Assembly: GCA_965237415.1 (NCBI GenBank)
Contig: CBDEFM010000002.1
Span: 96,001 to 160,000, forward strand
Source: Alphaproteobacteria bacterium
Lineage (GTDB): Bacteria; Pseudomonadota; Alphaproteobacteria; UBA828
Direction of reading: 5' to 3'
Length of the DNA: 64,000 nucleotides
Below are positions 9,112-18,428 of this stretch, in pieces. The position numbers and the translations under genes were made by a program. The notes beneath the pieces are model-generated. The model was not told the DNA's origin and ran no database searches. It saw nothing but the letters and a program-made list of their open reading frames with translations. Position 1 is the stretch's first letter. Each line of letters starts with the position of its first letter.

Positions 9112-9301
9112 CGCCGCCTCCGTTCTTGCGCGCGCCCGATCATGGCAGACACGCAGAGCTCTTCAAATCCCCGATGATGGCTGCGCCGTCTCCCGATGAC
9201 GGCGTCGGCATTTCGAGTATTCTGTCCGACGAAGGCCGCTGGCGCGCCTCATCGGCGATAGCCTTGCCCGCCTCTCGGAACGGACGAGCCCGTCACGAAG
9301 C

Positions 9302-10324
9302 ATGAAGATTTCGGTGCCTGGCGTCCCGGACGGACTCAAGCCCCAACCGCGTTTCCTCGCGATCTGGCTGGCGCTGGTCGTGCTCATCGTCATCAGCGCG
9401 ATTTTCGTGCCGCGAAGCCTGATGGCCACCTCGATCCTCGCCATCATTCCCTTGGCGGCCTTTCTCTGCCTCGCGTCGATGGGCGAGGCCCTGGTCCTCA
9501 TGGCGCGCGGCATCGACCTCTCGATCCCGGCCGTCATCACGCTCTCCAGCAGCCTGCTTCTCGGCGTCTCCGGCGGCGACGATGCGGCGCTCGGCCAGGC
9601 GGTCGTCGTCGCGCTCGCGGTCTCGGCCGGCGTCGGTGCGGTCAACGGCGTGCTGGTCTCCAACTTCAGGCTCAATCCCCTGGTCGTCACGCTCGCCGTC
9701 GGCACCATCGTGATGGGCGCGGCGATCTGGTACCGGGAAGGGATCGCCCAGGAGTCACGGGTGCCGCCGATCCTCGCGGACTGGGGCGAGACGCGCTTCC
9801 TCTCGATCAACTTCTCGGTGTGGGTGGCGATGGCGCTCGTGCTCGTCTCCACCTTCCTGCTGCGCCTCACCCTCTACGGGCGGCGCTTCATCGCCGTGGG
9901 CGCCAACCCCGTTGCCGCCTGGATCAGCGGCATCGGCGTGAACCGCTACCGTGTCGCGGCGTACGCCTCGGCCGGGCTGCTCTACGGCGTTGCAGGTATC
10001 CTGCTCTCGGCGTTCATCCGCAATCCCACTCTCGATGTCGGCGCCGCCTATCTGCTCGCGCCCATCGCCGCCGCCGTGCTCGGCGGCACTGCGGTGAGCG
10101 GCGGGGTCGGCAGCATGATCGCGGTGGCCGGCGCGGCTTTGTTCCTGACCCATCTCGGGCAGATCCTGAAGATGATGGGGCTCACCACGGCGATCCAGTT
10201 CATGGTCTACGGCGGCGCCATCGCCGTCGGCATGGCGCTCGCCGGCGTCCGCTTCTCCGACCTGCGCGACGCCTGGGCACGGCGGCTGGGCCGCGTCGCC
10301 ACCCCCGGCCCCGAGTCTCCGTGA
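9302..10324 (+). CDS. sugar-type ABC transporter permease (RbsC family)
   Basis: GIDLS, YGRRFIAVGANPVAA, IAAAVLGG; hydrophobic. Confidence 0.92.
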   Translation: MKISVPGVPDGLKPQPRFLAIWLALVVLIVISAIFVPRSLMATSILAIIPLAAFLCLASMGEALVLMARGIDLSIPAVITLSSSLLLGVSGGDDAALGQAVVVALAVSAGVGAVNGVLVSNFRLNPLVVTLAVGTIVMGAAIWYREGIAQESRVPPILADWGETRFLSINFSVWVAMALVLVSTFLLRLTLYGRRFIAVGANPVAAWISGIGVNRYRVAAYASAGLLYGVAGILLSAFIRNPTLDVGAAYLLAPIAAAVLGGTAVSGGVGSMIAVAGAALFLTHLGQILKMMGLTTAIQFMVYGGAIAVGMALAGVRFSDLRDAWARRLGRVATPGPESP

Positions 10325-10465
10325 GGCGCCATGGGGCACTTATGCGCGCTTATGCCAAGGCGGAGGGTCTGGTATCTAAGGGATGCATGCCGTGAGCAAC
10401 CCGTTCACGGAATTGATCAGTCTGTATCCTGCTTCACCGACACACAGGCATCGGAGGACACGAAC

Positions 10466-11650
10466 ATGAGCCGTTTGCATTGGATGAGGAACACAGCCGC
10501 CTCGGCGTTGATGGCCGGCACCGTGGCGCTGGGCGCCCAAGGCGGCGCGAACGCCGCCGATCCCGAGCTGATGCTGAAGGCGCTCGGCACCACGGAGGGG
10601 ATCGGCCCCATCGTCACAGCCACCTTCGACCGCGCGAGCGAGGCGCTCAGCGAGGAAGACCGCGCACTGGCACTGAAGTGCTGGCAGGAGCAGGTGTGCG
10701 AGACCGGTCGCGGCGATCTCACCGTGGCACTCGCCGACGGCTTCGGCGAGAACGTCTGGCGCCGCGTGACGCACATGGAGTTCGTCATGCAGGCGCTGAG
10801 CTACCCCGAGGTCAGCAAGATCATCTACACCTCGGCCCGGGGCGATGCCAGCAAGGCGATCTCCGACATGCGGAGCCTGATCGCGCAGGGCGTCGACATC
10901 ATCGTGACCTTCCCCGACGCGGGCCCGGCGCTGCTGCCGACCGCCCAGGAGGCAACCGAGACGGGCATCACCGTGGTCCCCTATATCGCCGGTCTCGGCG
11001 GTACCGCGGGTGAGGACTATCTCACCTTCGTCGCGGAGGACCTGTGCGAGCTGGGCCGCCAGTTCGTCCAGTTCGTGGCCGGCGCCAACAGCGAAGAGAG
11101 CATCGAGATCGTCGAGCTCGGCGGGACGCCCGGCAATCAGCTGAGCGCCGCCTGGCAGGCCTGCTCCGAGGCCGAGATCGAGGGCAACGCCGCCATGACG
11201 CTGCTCGGCAAGGCCGACACCAACTGGACCCAGCAGGGCACCTTCGAGGCGATGTCGAGCTTTCTCTCGCAGAACCCCGATGTCGACGCGGTGCTCTATG
11301 AGTATGCGGACGGCTTCCGCGGCGGCGTGCGCGCCTATGCCGCCGCGGATCGCGCCATGGACGTGATCGTCACGCTGCGTACCGACGAGCAGGGCCTCTT
11401 CTGCGATTGGGAGGAGGTGGGCAACCCGAACTTCCGCATCTTCTTCTCCTCGGGCGGCACCTTCCAGGTCCGTATCGCGCTGACCGCCGCCATGGAGGCG
11501 AGAGGCGGTGCCGAGATCGGCGCCCATGTCGATGTCCCCTTCAAGATGAAGGAAGTGCAGCAGGGCATGTGCGACAAGGCGCTGCCGGATCAGATGCCGG
11601 TCTCCACGCTGGTGGATACCGACATGCTGAACGCGATGTTCAAGGAGTAG
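10466..11650 (+). CDS. periplasmic substrate-binding protein (RbsB-like)
   Basis: Signal peptide; AISDMRSLIAQGVDIIV, ELGGTPG; GGAGG RBS. Confidence 0.88.
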   Translation: MSRLHWMRNTAASALMAGTVALGAQGGANAADPELMLKALGTTEGIGPIVTATFDRASEALSEEDRALALKCWQEQVCETGRGDLTVALADGFGENVWRRVTHMEFVMQALSYPEVSKIIYTSARGDASKAISDMRSLIAQGVDIIVTFPDAGPALLPTAQEATETGITVVPYIAGLGGTAGEDYLTFVAEDLCELGRQFVQFVAGANSEESIEIVELGGTPGNQLSAAWQACSEAEIEGNAAMTLLGKADTNWTQQGTFEAMSSFLSQNPDVDAVLYEYADGFRGGVRAYAAADRAMDVIVTLRTDEQGLFCDWEEVGNPNFRIFFSSGGTFQVRIALTAAMEARGGAEIGAHVDVPFKMKEVQQGMCDKALPDQMPVSTLVDTDMLNAMFKE

Positions 11651-11670
11651 CGGCCGCAACGAACGGCCTC

Positions 11671-11719
11671 ACCGCCGGGCGGGGCAGAAGACACTCTTCT
11701 CCGCCCGGCGGTTTCGTTT
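11671..11719 (+). terminator. intra-operon stem-loop after the binding-protein gene
   Basis: ACCGCCGGGCGG (11671-11682)/CCGCCCGGCGGT (11701-11712) IR followed by TTCGTTT. Confidence 0.65.
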
Positions 11720-11746
11720 GAACGCCCGCAGATCGCCGCCGAGAGA

Positions 11747-14320
11747 ATGCCCGAACCATCGCTCCGCCTGTCAGGGATCTCCAAGCGCTTCCCCGGAGTC
11801 CAGGCGCTCCGCGATGTCAGCCTCGACTGCGTGGCCGGCGAGGTCCACGCGGTGCTCGGCGAGAACGGCTCGGGCAAGAGCACGCTGCTCAAGATCGCGA
11901 GCGGCGCGCTGGCGGCGGACGACGGCACGGTCGAAATCCTGGGCAATCGGCTGGCCTCGGCGGACACGTCGCAGGCCCAGCGCTTTGGGCTCGCCACCGT
12001 TTATCAGGACAACTCGCTCGTGCCGGAGCTCACCGTCGCCCAGAACCTCTACATCGGCACGGTCGGTCAAACGCTGCCCTATCGCCGGGTGCAAGCCTGG
12101 GCCGAGGAGCAGCTCGCGCCATACGATCTCGCAATAGACGGCGCCGCGCGCGTCGCCGATCTCTCTCCGGCTCAACGACAATTCCTGGAGGTGGTGAAGG
12201 CTCTAGTTTGGAAGCCCAACGTGCTTCTGCTCGACGAGCCGACCGCGTCGCTCGACGTCAACGACGTGGACACCCTCCATCGCATCGTCCGCGGGATCGT
12301 CGCCGAAGGGACGACTGTCGTCTATGTCAGCCACCGGCTCCCGGAAATCCTTTCCCTCGCTCAGCGCGTGACCGTGCTGCGCGACGGCGAGGGGCAGGGC
12401 ACCTTCGAAACGCACGCGCTCTCGGAGGACGACCTCATCGCGCTCATGGTCGGCCGGCCGATCGAGGCGGAGTTCCCGCCCAGGCGAGGCGCCGAGGTTC
12501 TATCGAGCGAGGTGTGCCTCTCAGTGCAGGCGCTCTCCGGCGACGCGTTCAGTGACGTTGCCTTCGAGGTCCACCGGGGCGAGATCCTCGGCCTCGCCGG
12601 CGCCGAGGGCAACGGGCAGCGCGAGGTGCTTCGCGCCATTGGGGGATTCGAGGACGCGTCCGGCGTCCTCTCCTGCGAGGGCCGGCGCATTCCCCTCGTC
12701 GCGCCGCAGCGCGCGCTCGGCGCCGGCGTGATGATGCTGAGCGGCGACCGGGCGGTCGAGTCCATCTATCCGGCCATGAGCGTGCGCGAGAACATCACGA
12801 TCCAGGTTCTCAAGGACTTCGCGACCGCAAGCGTGATCTCGGGTCGTAGGGAGCGCGCGCGCACGCGCGCGATGATCGAGGAACTCGACATCGTTACCGC
12901 ATCCCTCGATCAGCCCATCGTCTCGCTCTCGGGCGGCAATCAACAGAAGAGCATGCTGGCGCGGAGCTTCCTGCATGGCGCCAGGGTTGTGCTGATCGAC
13001 GAGCCGACCCAGGGCGTGGATGCGGCCGCGCGCTTCGATATCTATCAGGCGGTTAGGGCCAAGGCCGACAGCGGCACCACCTTCGTCATCAAGTCGTCGG
13101 ACGCGCTGGAGCTCGCGGGTCTCTGCGACCGCGTTCTGGTGTTCTCGCGCGGAAACCTCATCAAGGAGCTGGTGGGCGACGAGGTGAGCGAGGAGAGCAT
13201 CGTTTCTTCGTTCCTGACGTCGCGTGTGGGACGAACGACGGAAGCCTCCGCCACCGCGCCGCCCGCGCCCGATACGCCCGCAGGCTTCGCTCTCATGCGA
13301 GATGTCGGGCGGCTCGCGCTCGCCCGCGATCAGTGGTGGACACCGCTCGGCTTCCTCCTCCTTCTGATCGTCCTGGTCGGCGCCTACGCGTCCAGTCAGT
13401 CCGATGCCTTCCTCTCCCCGCTCAACGGGCGGCACATGCTGCTGGCGACCGCGCCGCTCGCCTTGGTCGCGATGGCCCAGCTGAACGTGCTGCTCGTCGG
13501 CGGGTTCGACATGTCGGTCGGCTCGCTCATGAGCATGACGGTCGTCGCCGCGTCCTTCCTGCTCGGCATGGGGGCGGACATTCCGGTGCTGTTTGGCGGC
13601 ACGCTCGCCTGCCTCGGCGCGGGGCTCGCGGTCGGGGTCATCAACGGGACGATGGTGCGACGGCTCCGGATCAACCCGGTGATCACGACCATCGCCATGC
13701 TGAGCGTGCTGCAGGGCGTGGCACTCCACTTCAGGCCGGTGCCGACCGGCTTGGTGGAGCCCGGCTTCATGGCGGCGCTGCGCACCCGCGTCGATTTCCT
13801 CCCGGTCTCCTTCCTCGGCCTGATCGCGATCGCCGTGCTGGGCGATCTCTGGCTCTACCGCACCAAGAGCGGGCTCAAGCTTCGGGCCGTCGGCTTTTAC
13901 GAGGAAGCCGCGCGGCGCAACGGCATCAAGACCGGCTTCGTGCATTTCCGCGCCTATGTGATCTCGGGTGGGATCGCGGCGCTGGCCGGGCTCTTTCTCA
14001 GCACCGAGGTGGGCGTCGGGCACCCGACGGTGGGCGCCACCTACACGCTGACCAGCATCGCCGCGGCGGTGCTGGGCGGCGCTGCGCTCTCAGGCGGGCG
14101 CGGCTCCTATTCCGGCGCGCTGCTCGGCGCGCTCTTCTTCACGCTGATCGTCAACATCATGCCGTTCCTCGCGGTCAATACCGCACTCGGCGTCATCGTC
14201 AGCGGTGCATTGACTCTGCTTGCCGTCCTTCTCTATTCCGGGCGTCTGCCGACCGGCCGCGTGGGTCATCTCTTGCGCGTCCTTGCCGAGCGCCGCTCCA
14301 CTCCAACATCACGGGTATGA
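11747..14320 (+). CDS. fused ABC ATPase (tandem RbsA-type domains) + permease
   Basis: GENGSGKST, LLLDEPT, LSGGNQQK, IDEPTQGVD, then a C-terminal RbsC-like membrane domain (GGFDMSVG, IAAAVLGG). Confidence 0.92.
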   Translation: MPEPSLRLSGISKRFPGVQALRDVSLDCVAGEVHAVLGENGSGKSTLLKIASGALAADDGTVEILGNRLASADTSQAQRFGLATVYQDNSLVPELTVAQNLYIGTVGQTLPYRRVQAWAEEQLAPYDLAIDGAARVADLSPAQRQFLEVVKALVWKPNVLLLDEPTASLDVNDVDTLHRIVRGIVAEGTTVVYVSHRLPEILSLAQRVTVLRDGEGQGTFETHALSEDDLIALMVGRPIEAEFPPRRGAEVLSSEVCLSVQALSGDAFSDVAFEVHRGEILGLAGAEGNGQREVLRAIGGFEDASGVLSCEGRRIPLVAPQRALGAGVMMLSGDRAVESIYPAMSVRENITIQVLKDFATASVISGRRERARTRAMIEELDIVTASLDQPIVSLSGGNQQKSMLARSFLHGARVVLIDEPTQGVDAAARFDIYQAVRAKADSGTTFVIKSSDALELAGLCDRVLVFSRGNLIKELVGDEVSEESIVSSFLTSRVGRTTEASATAPPAPDTPAGFALMRDVGRLALARDQWWTPLGFLLLLIVLVGAYASSQSDAFLSPLNGRHMLLATAPLALVAMAQLNVLLVGGFDMSVGSLMSMTVVAASFLLGMGADIPVLFGGTLACLGAGLAVGVINGTMVRRLRINPVITTIAMLSVLQGVALHFRPVPTGLVEPGFMAALRTRVDFLPVSFLGLIAIAVLGDLWLYRTKSGLKLRAVGFYEEAARRNGIKTGFVHFRAYVISGGIAALAGLFLSTEVGVGHPTVGATYTLTSIAAAVLGGAALSGGRGSYSGALLGALFFTLIVNIMPFLAVNTALGVIVSGALTLLAVLLYSGRLPTGRVGHLLRVLAERRSTPTSRV

Positions 14321-14324
14321 GGTC

Positions 14325-15998
14325 ATGACAGAGCTCTTGCCAATCGCGGAACGAGAATCCGCCCGCCCAGCCGCTGCGCGCGGACCCTACGACGGCGCCT
14401 TCGACATCGTGTGCATCGGTGCCGGCGCAGGCGGCCTCGCCACCGCGCTCTTCTCGCGCTGGCTCGGCAACAGCGTGCTGATCCTGGAGAAAGCACCGGA
14501 GATCGGCGGCACGACGCGCAAGGCCGCCTTCTGGTACTGGGTGCCCAACAACCAGGCGATGCGGGACAAGGGCATGGAGGACCCGCGCGAGGATTGCCTG
14601 CGCTACATGGCGCGACTTTCCCGCCCGGAATGCTACGACCCCACGGACGAGCGTCTCGGCATGCCCGCGTGGGAATACGCGATGTTCGAGGCGATTTACG
14701 ACAACGCCTCGACGGCGACCGAGCTCCTGAAGGAGAAGGGCGCGCTCGACTATCGGCACTGCGACTTCGTGCCGGACTATTGGGCCGAGCTGCCGGAGGA
14801 CAAGGCGCCCACAGGCCGCGTTCTGGTCCCTGTGGACGCGAGGGACACGATGTCGGACGGCGGCCTCCGCGCCGTGGAGTCGATGTCGCGTGCGGCCCAA
14901 GAGGCCGGCGTCGATATCCGCACCGGGCATCGGGTGCAGCGCGTCATCCGCAATCTCGCGGGCGATGTCGTCGGCGTCGAGGCCAGCGCCGGCAACGGCA
15001 CGGTGCGGCGCTTCCACGCCCGCAAGGCCGTCGTCTTCTGCACCGGCGGCTTCACCCACAACGTCGAGATCCGCAAGAACTTCCTGAACGTGCCGATCTA
15101 CGGCGGCTGCGCCGCGAAAACCAACGAGGGCGACTTCATCCCTATCGCCGGCGGCATGGGCGCGCAGCTGAGGAACATGAATTATGCCTGGATGTGCCCC
15201 GTCGTCCTTGAGAAGGCGATTGCCGGCGATCCCACGCTGATCGGCACCTTCTCCCCCTCCGGCGATTCGATGATCTATGTGAGCAAGCAAGGCCATCGGG
15301 TCGCCAACGAGAAGCTGGCCTACAACGAGATGGCGCAAAAGTTCTTCGAGTGGGACCCGACGGCCGGGGCGTATCCCAACCTGGTGTTGATCGCGGTCTG
15401 GGACCAGCGAAGCCAGGATCACTGCGCGAGCGACGAATACGGCCGCTTCATCGTGCCGCCGGGGGTGGACGATGCCCACGTGATCAAGGGCGAGACCCTG
15501 GGCGCGCTGGGCCAGGCCATCGACGAGCGACTCGCACTCTACGAGGCCGAGACCGGCGGTATCCGGCTCTCCGCCGATTTCGAGGCCAATCTGGAGGCGG
15601 CCATCGCGCGCTTCAACGGCTTCGCCGAGACTGGCAAGGACGCCGACTTCCACCGCGGCGAACGACAGGTTGAGCAGCTCTTCAATGGGCCGGTGGCGGA
15701 ATCGCCGTCAGCGCCCAACCCCACGATGTATCCGATCAGCGACCAGGGCCCTTACTATGCGGCACTGCTCTCCGGCGGGACCCTCGATACCAAGGGAGGC
15801 CCCAAGGCCACGCCCACTGGAAAGGTCCTCGACGATACCGATGCGCCGATCGCGGGGCTCTACGGCGTCGGCAACTGCGTCGCCTCGGCCTCGGCGCGCG
15901 CCTACTGGGCCGGCGGCGCCACTCTGGGGCCGATCCTGGCCTTCGCCTATCTGGCCGCGAACGAGGCCGACCGCGAGTCGCCGAAGCTCACCAACTAG
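14325..15998 (+). CDS. FAD-dependent oxidoreductase, 3-ketosteroid dehydrogenase/fumarate reductase flavoprotein family
   Basis: CIGAGAGG, LEKAPEIGGTT, TGGF, LDTKGG, GLYGVGN, GGATLG. Confidence 0.88.
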   Translation: MTELLPIAERESARPAAARGPYDGAFDIVCIGAGAGGLATALFSRWLGNSVLILEKAPEIGGTTRKAAFWYWVPNNQAMRDKGMEDPREDCLRYMARLSRPECYDPTDERLGMPAWEYAMFEAIYDNASTATELLKEKGALDYRHCDFVPDYWAELPEDKAPTGRVLVPVDARDTMSDGGLRAVESMSRAAQEAGVDIRTGHRVQRVIRNLAGDVVGVEASAGNGTVRRFHARKAVVFCTGGFTHNVEIRKNFLNVPIYGGCAAKTNEGDFIPIAGGMGAQLRNMNYAWMCPVVLEKAIAGDPTLIGTFSPSGDSMIYVSKQGHRVANEKLAYNEMAQKFFEWDPTAGAYPNLVLIAVWDQRSQDHCASDEYGRFIVPPGVDDAHVIKGETLGALGQAIDERLALYEAETGGIRLSADFEANLEAAIARFNGFAETGKDADFHRGERQVEQLFNGPVAESPSAPNPTMYPISDQGPYYAALLSGGTLDTKGGPKATPTGKVLDDTDAPIAGLYGVGNCVASASARAYWAGGATLGPILAFAYLAANEADRESPKLTN

Positions 15999-16177
15999 GG
16001 CACCCGCCCGGACATCTGCTAGTCATCTGGCACTGAAGTTGAGATCATTATAGATTAGCAGTGCTGCCACACTAAGTCGCTCTATTGTCGAAGAATTTAG
16101 TCGTTCAACATAGTTAGCTTTATGTGGCGAACTTCAGATTCAGGTGACTAGAGACTGAACGCGCAAGGAGGAACAGC

Positions 16178-16642
16178 ATGGCTCTCACCACACAAACGAT
16201 GACCGACGAGCAGCGCAAGTCGGTCGCTATCGAATACCTCAAGGCCTTCGACAATGGGGGCGTGACGTCGACCGGCGGCAGCATCCTCGACCTGTTCGCC
16301 GACGATGCCCAGGTCTATTTCCCGAAATGGGGCATCGCGACCGGCAAGGAGCAGATCACCCAGTTGTTCACCGACGTGGGCGGCACCATCAAGTCGATCG
16401 AGCACCACTACTCGCACTTCAACTGGATTTTCTCCGGCAGCGACTACGTCGTGGCCGAAGGCACCAGCCACGGCGAGCATCGCGACGGCCCCTGGCGCGC
16501 CGGCGTGCCGGAATCGGGCGCGGGCCGCTGGTGCGATGTGTTCGAGATCCGCGACTGGAAGATCCAGCGCTGCTTCATCTACCTCGACCCCGACTACGCA
16601 GGCGGGGATAGGGCGCGCTACCCGTGGCTCGCCGACAAGTAG
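16178..16642 (+). CDS. NTF2/SnoaL-like protein
   Basis: LFADDA..FP..G..GKEQI, VVAEG, WCDVFEIRDWKIQR..IYLDPD; AAGGAGG RBS. Confidence 0.85.
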   Translation: MALTTQTMTDEQRKSVAIEYLKAFDNGGVTSTGGSILDLFADDAQVYFPKWGIATGKEQITQLFTDVGGTIKSIEHHYSHFNWIFSGSDYVVAEGTSHGEHRDGPWRAGVPESGAGRWCDVFEIRDWKIQRCFIYLDPDYAGGDRARYPWLADK

Positions 16643-16680
16643 GCGCGCGCAATCGCCTCAACGGGCGAAGGGCCGGGCCG

Positions 16681-17418
16681 CTACGCCTGCCGGCCGCCGT
16701 CGAGCAGGGCGGCGGTAAAGCGGGGGTAGACCCCGGCCAGCGCCGTGCCGACCGGGCCGCGGATGAGCTCCATCGTCTCCGCGCTCGGCTCGGGCGTCAC
16801 GGGCGGGTCTTCGGCACTATCGAAGTCGAAGCCGGTGGCGGCGTGCACCTCGTCGAGGTCGTGGCCGGGGTGCAGCGAGGCGAGGCGGAAGCGCCCGCGC
16901 GCCGCGTCGAAGCGGAAGACGCAGCGGCCGGTCACCAGCGCGTAGGGTCCGCCCGGCCGGTAGACCCCCAGTGGGCTCGTGCCGGGTGCGCTGATGAAAT
17001 CCACCTTGCGCACAAGCGTTCGGGGCGTGTGCTCGATGCGGAACAGGATGACCCGGGGCACCACGAAGTAGAGGTAGGCGGAGCCGTAGGAGCCGGGAAA
17101 GCGCTTGTCTGCCGTGGGGTGCGGGCCGGTCCCCACCAGGTTGATATTGGCGCCGCCGTCGATCTGCACACCGCCCAGGAAGAAGGCGTCGACGCGGCCC
17201 TGGCCGGCGCGGTCGAAGAGCTCCCGGCCACCGTCGGTGAAATCGCTCTGCGCCTGACTACCGAGCAGGCTGACCTCCGGCTGGCCGCCGCCGCGCTCGC
17301 GCGCGAGCAGGGCGGCTGCGCCAGGAATCGGCGACGAGGCCCCGACCGCGACACGGCCGAGGCCTGCCAGCATGCCGGCGATGACCTCGACGAGGAGCGC
17401 GGTCTTTTCCGGGCTCAT
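16681..17418 (-). CDS. CoA-transferase family I beta subunit (glutaconate/3-oxoadipate type)
   Basis: FFLGGVQIDGGANIN, FPGSYGS, VDFISAPG, SLHPG. Confidence 0.85.
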   Translation of the reverse strand: MSPEKTALLVEVIAGMLAGLGRVAVGASSPIPGAAALLARERGGGQPEVSLLGSQAQSDFTDGGRELFDRAGQGRVDAFFLGGVQIDGGANINLVGTGPHPTADKRFPGSYGSAYLYFVVPRVILFRIEHTPRTLVRKVDFISAPGTSPLGVYRPGGPYALVTGRCVFRFDAARGRFRLASLHPGHDLDEVHAATGFDFDSAEDPPVTPEPSAETMELIRGPVGTALAGVYPRFTAALLDGGRQA

Positions 17419-18257
17419 TCGGCGGCGATGAGGCTCGCGGTCTCGTCCGTCGTCCCGCCCGTCACATGCACCGCGCAGTAGCGGGCGAAGCCCTCCTCGC
17501 TCGCCGCAAGCCGGGCGTAGTCGGCGAGGTGGGCACGGTCGGGCTCGTAACGGCCGGCGAGGCCCAAGGGCCAAGCGCCGCGCGGAGCTTCGGCGAGCGC
17601 CGTGACGTAGAGCGCCGGCAGGGTGCCTGCCGCCAGCGTCTCGTCGGCCAGCAGGTCGCCGGGCCGCACTTCCTCGACGGTGACGAGTGTCTCCCTGGCC
17701 GCATGGGCCATGGTCACGAGCTCGCGCCGCGCGCCGAGCCACACGTTGCCGTGCTCGTCGGCATAGGGCGCGTGGAAGAGCGCGATATCGGGCCTGAGCG
17801 CCGGCAGCAGGACGATGGGGTCGCCCTCAGCAAGGGGGTTGTCGATGACCTGCCAGTCCGGCCTCGCGCTCAGAAGGTCCGAGCCGATGAGGCCGCGCAA
17901 CGGCATGAAGGGCACGCCCTTCTCGGCCGCCTGGAGCGCGGCGTGAATCGCGGGGCAGGTGGAGTCGCGGATCGCGAGCCGGCCGCCTTCGACCGCTGCG
18001 GTGAAGCGGGGGGCGTTGCCGAGCTCGCCGAGGCTCACCGCCGCGGTCTCGATGGTGGCAACGCAGCCCGCGCCGATCAGGAGGTCCGCCGCGATGCCGG
18101 CCTGCGGCACGGTGACGAGGTGCAGGTCGCGCACCCCGCGCCGCACCAGCGCGCGCACCGCCGCCATCGGCACGAACGAATAGTCCGGCGGCAGCGCCAG
18201 CATGGCGCCGTCCGCGACCCGGCCCGCCAGCCGGTCGAGGGAGAGGGTCTCGGTCAC
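17415..18257 (-). CDS. CoA-transferase family I alpha subunit
   Basis: ADLLIGAG, GVPFMP, PDIALFHA..ADEHGN, VTVEE. Confidence 0.85.
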   Translation of the reverse strand: MTETLSLDRLAGRVADGAMLALPPDYSFVPMAAVRALVRRGVRDLHLVTVPQAGIAADLLIGAGCVATIETAAVSLGELGNAPRFTAAVEGGRLAIRDSTCPAIHAALQAAEKGVPFMPLRGLIGSDLLSARPDWQVIDNPLAEGDPIVLLPALRPDIALFHAPYADEHGNVWLGARRELVTMAHAARETLVTVEEVRPGDLLADETLAAGTLPALYVTALAEAPRGAWPLGLAGRYEPDRAHLADYARLAASEEGFARYCAVHVTGGTTDETASLIAAE

Positions 18258-18323
18258 GGGCTTCTCACCCTCGCCTCCTAGCGTCCCGTCCCGGACATAC
18301 GCAGCAGCAACGCTGTCCTCCCA

Positions 18324-18413
18324 CCGTCATGCCCGGACTTGTTCCGGGCATCTCGTCGTGCGTGGCGAGGTCGGGGCGCCCCTGGATGGCCGGGACAAGC
18401 CCGGCCATGACGG
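18324..18413. repeat. alphaproteobacterial REP/RIME-like palindromic element
   Basis: CCGTCATGCCCGGACTTGTTCCGGGCATC ... GATGGCCGGGACAAGCCCGGCCATGACGG, two inverted hairpin units. Confidence 0.8.
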
Positions 18414-18428
18414 GAAGGGGACACTGCA

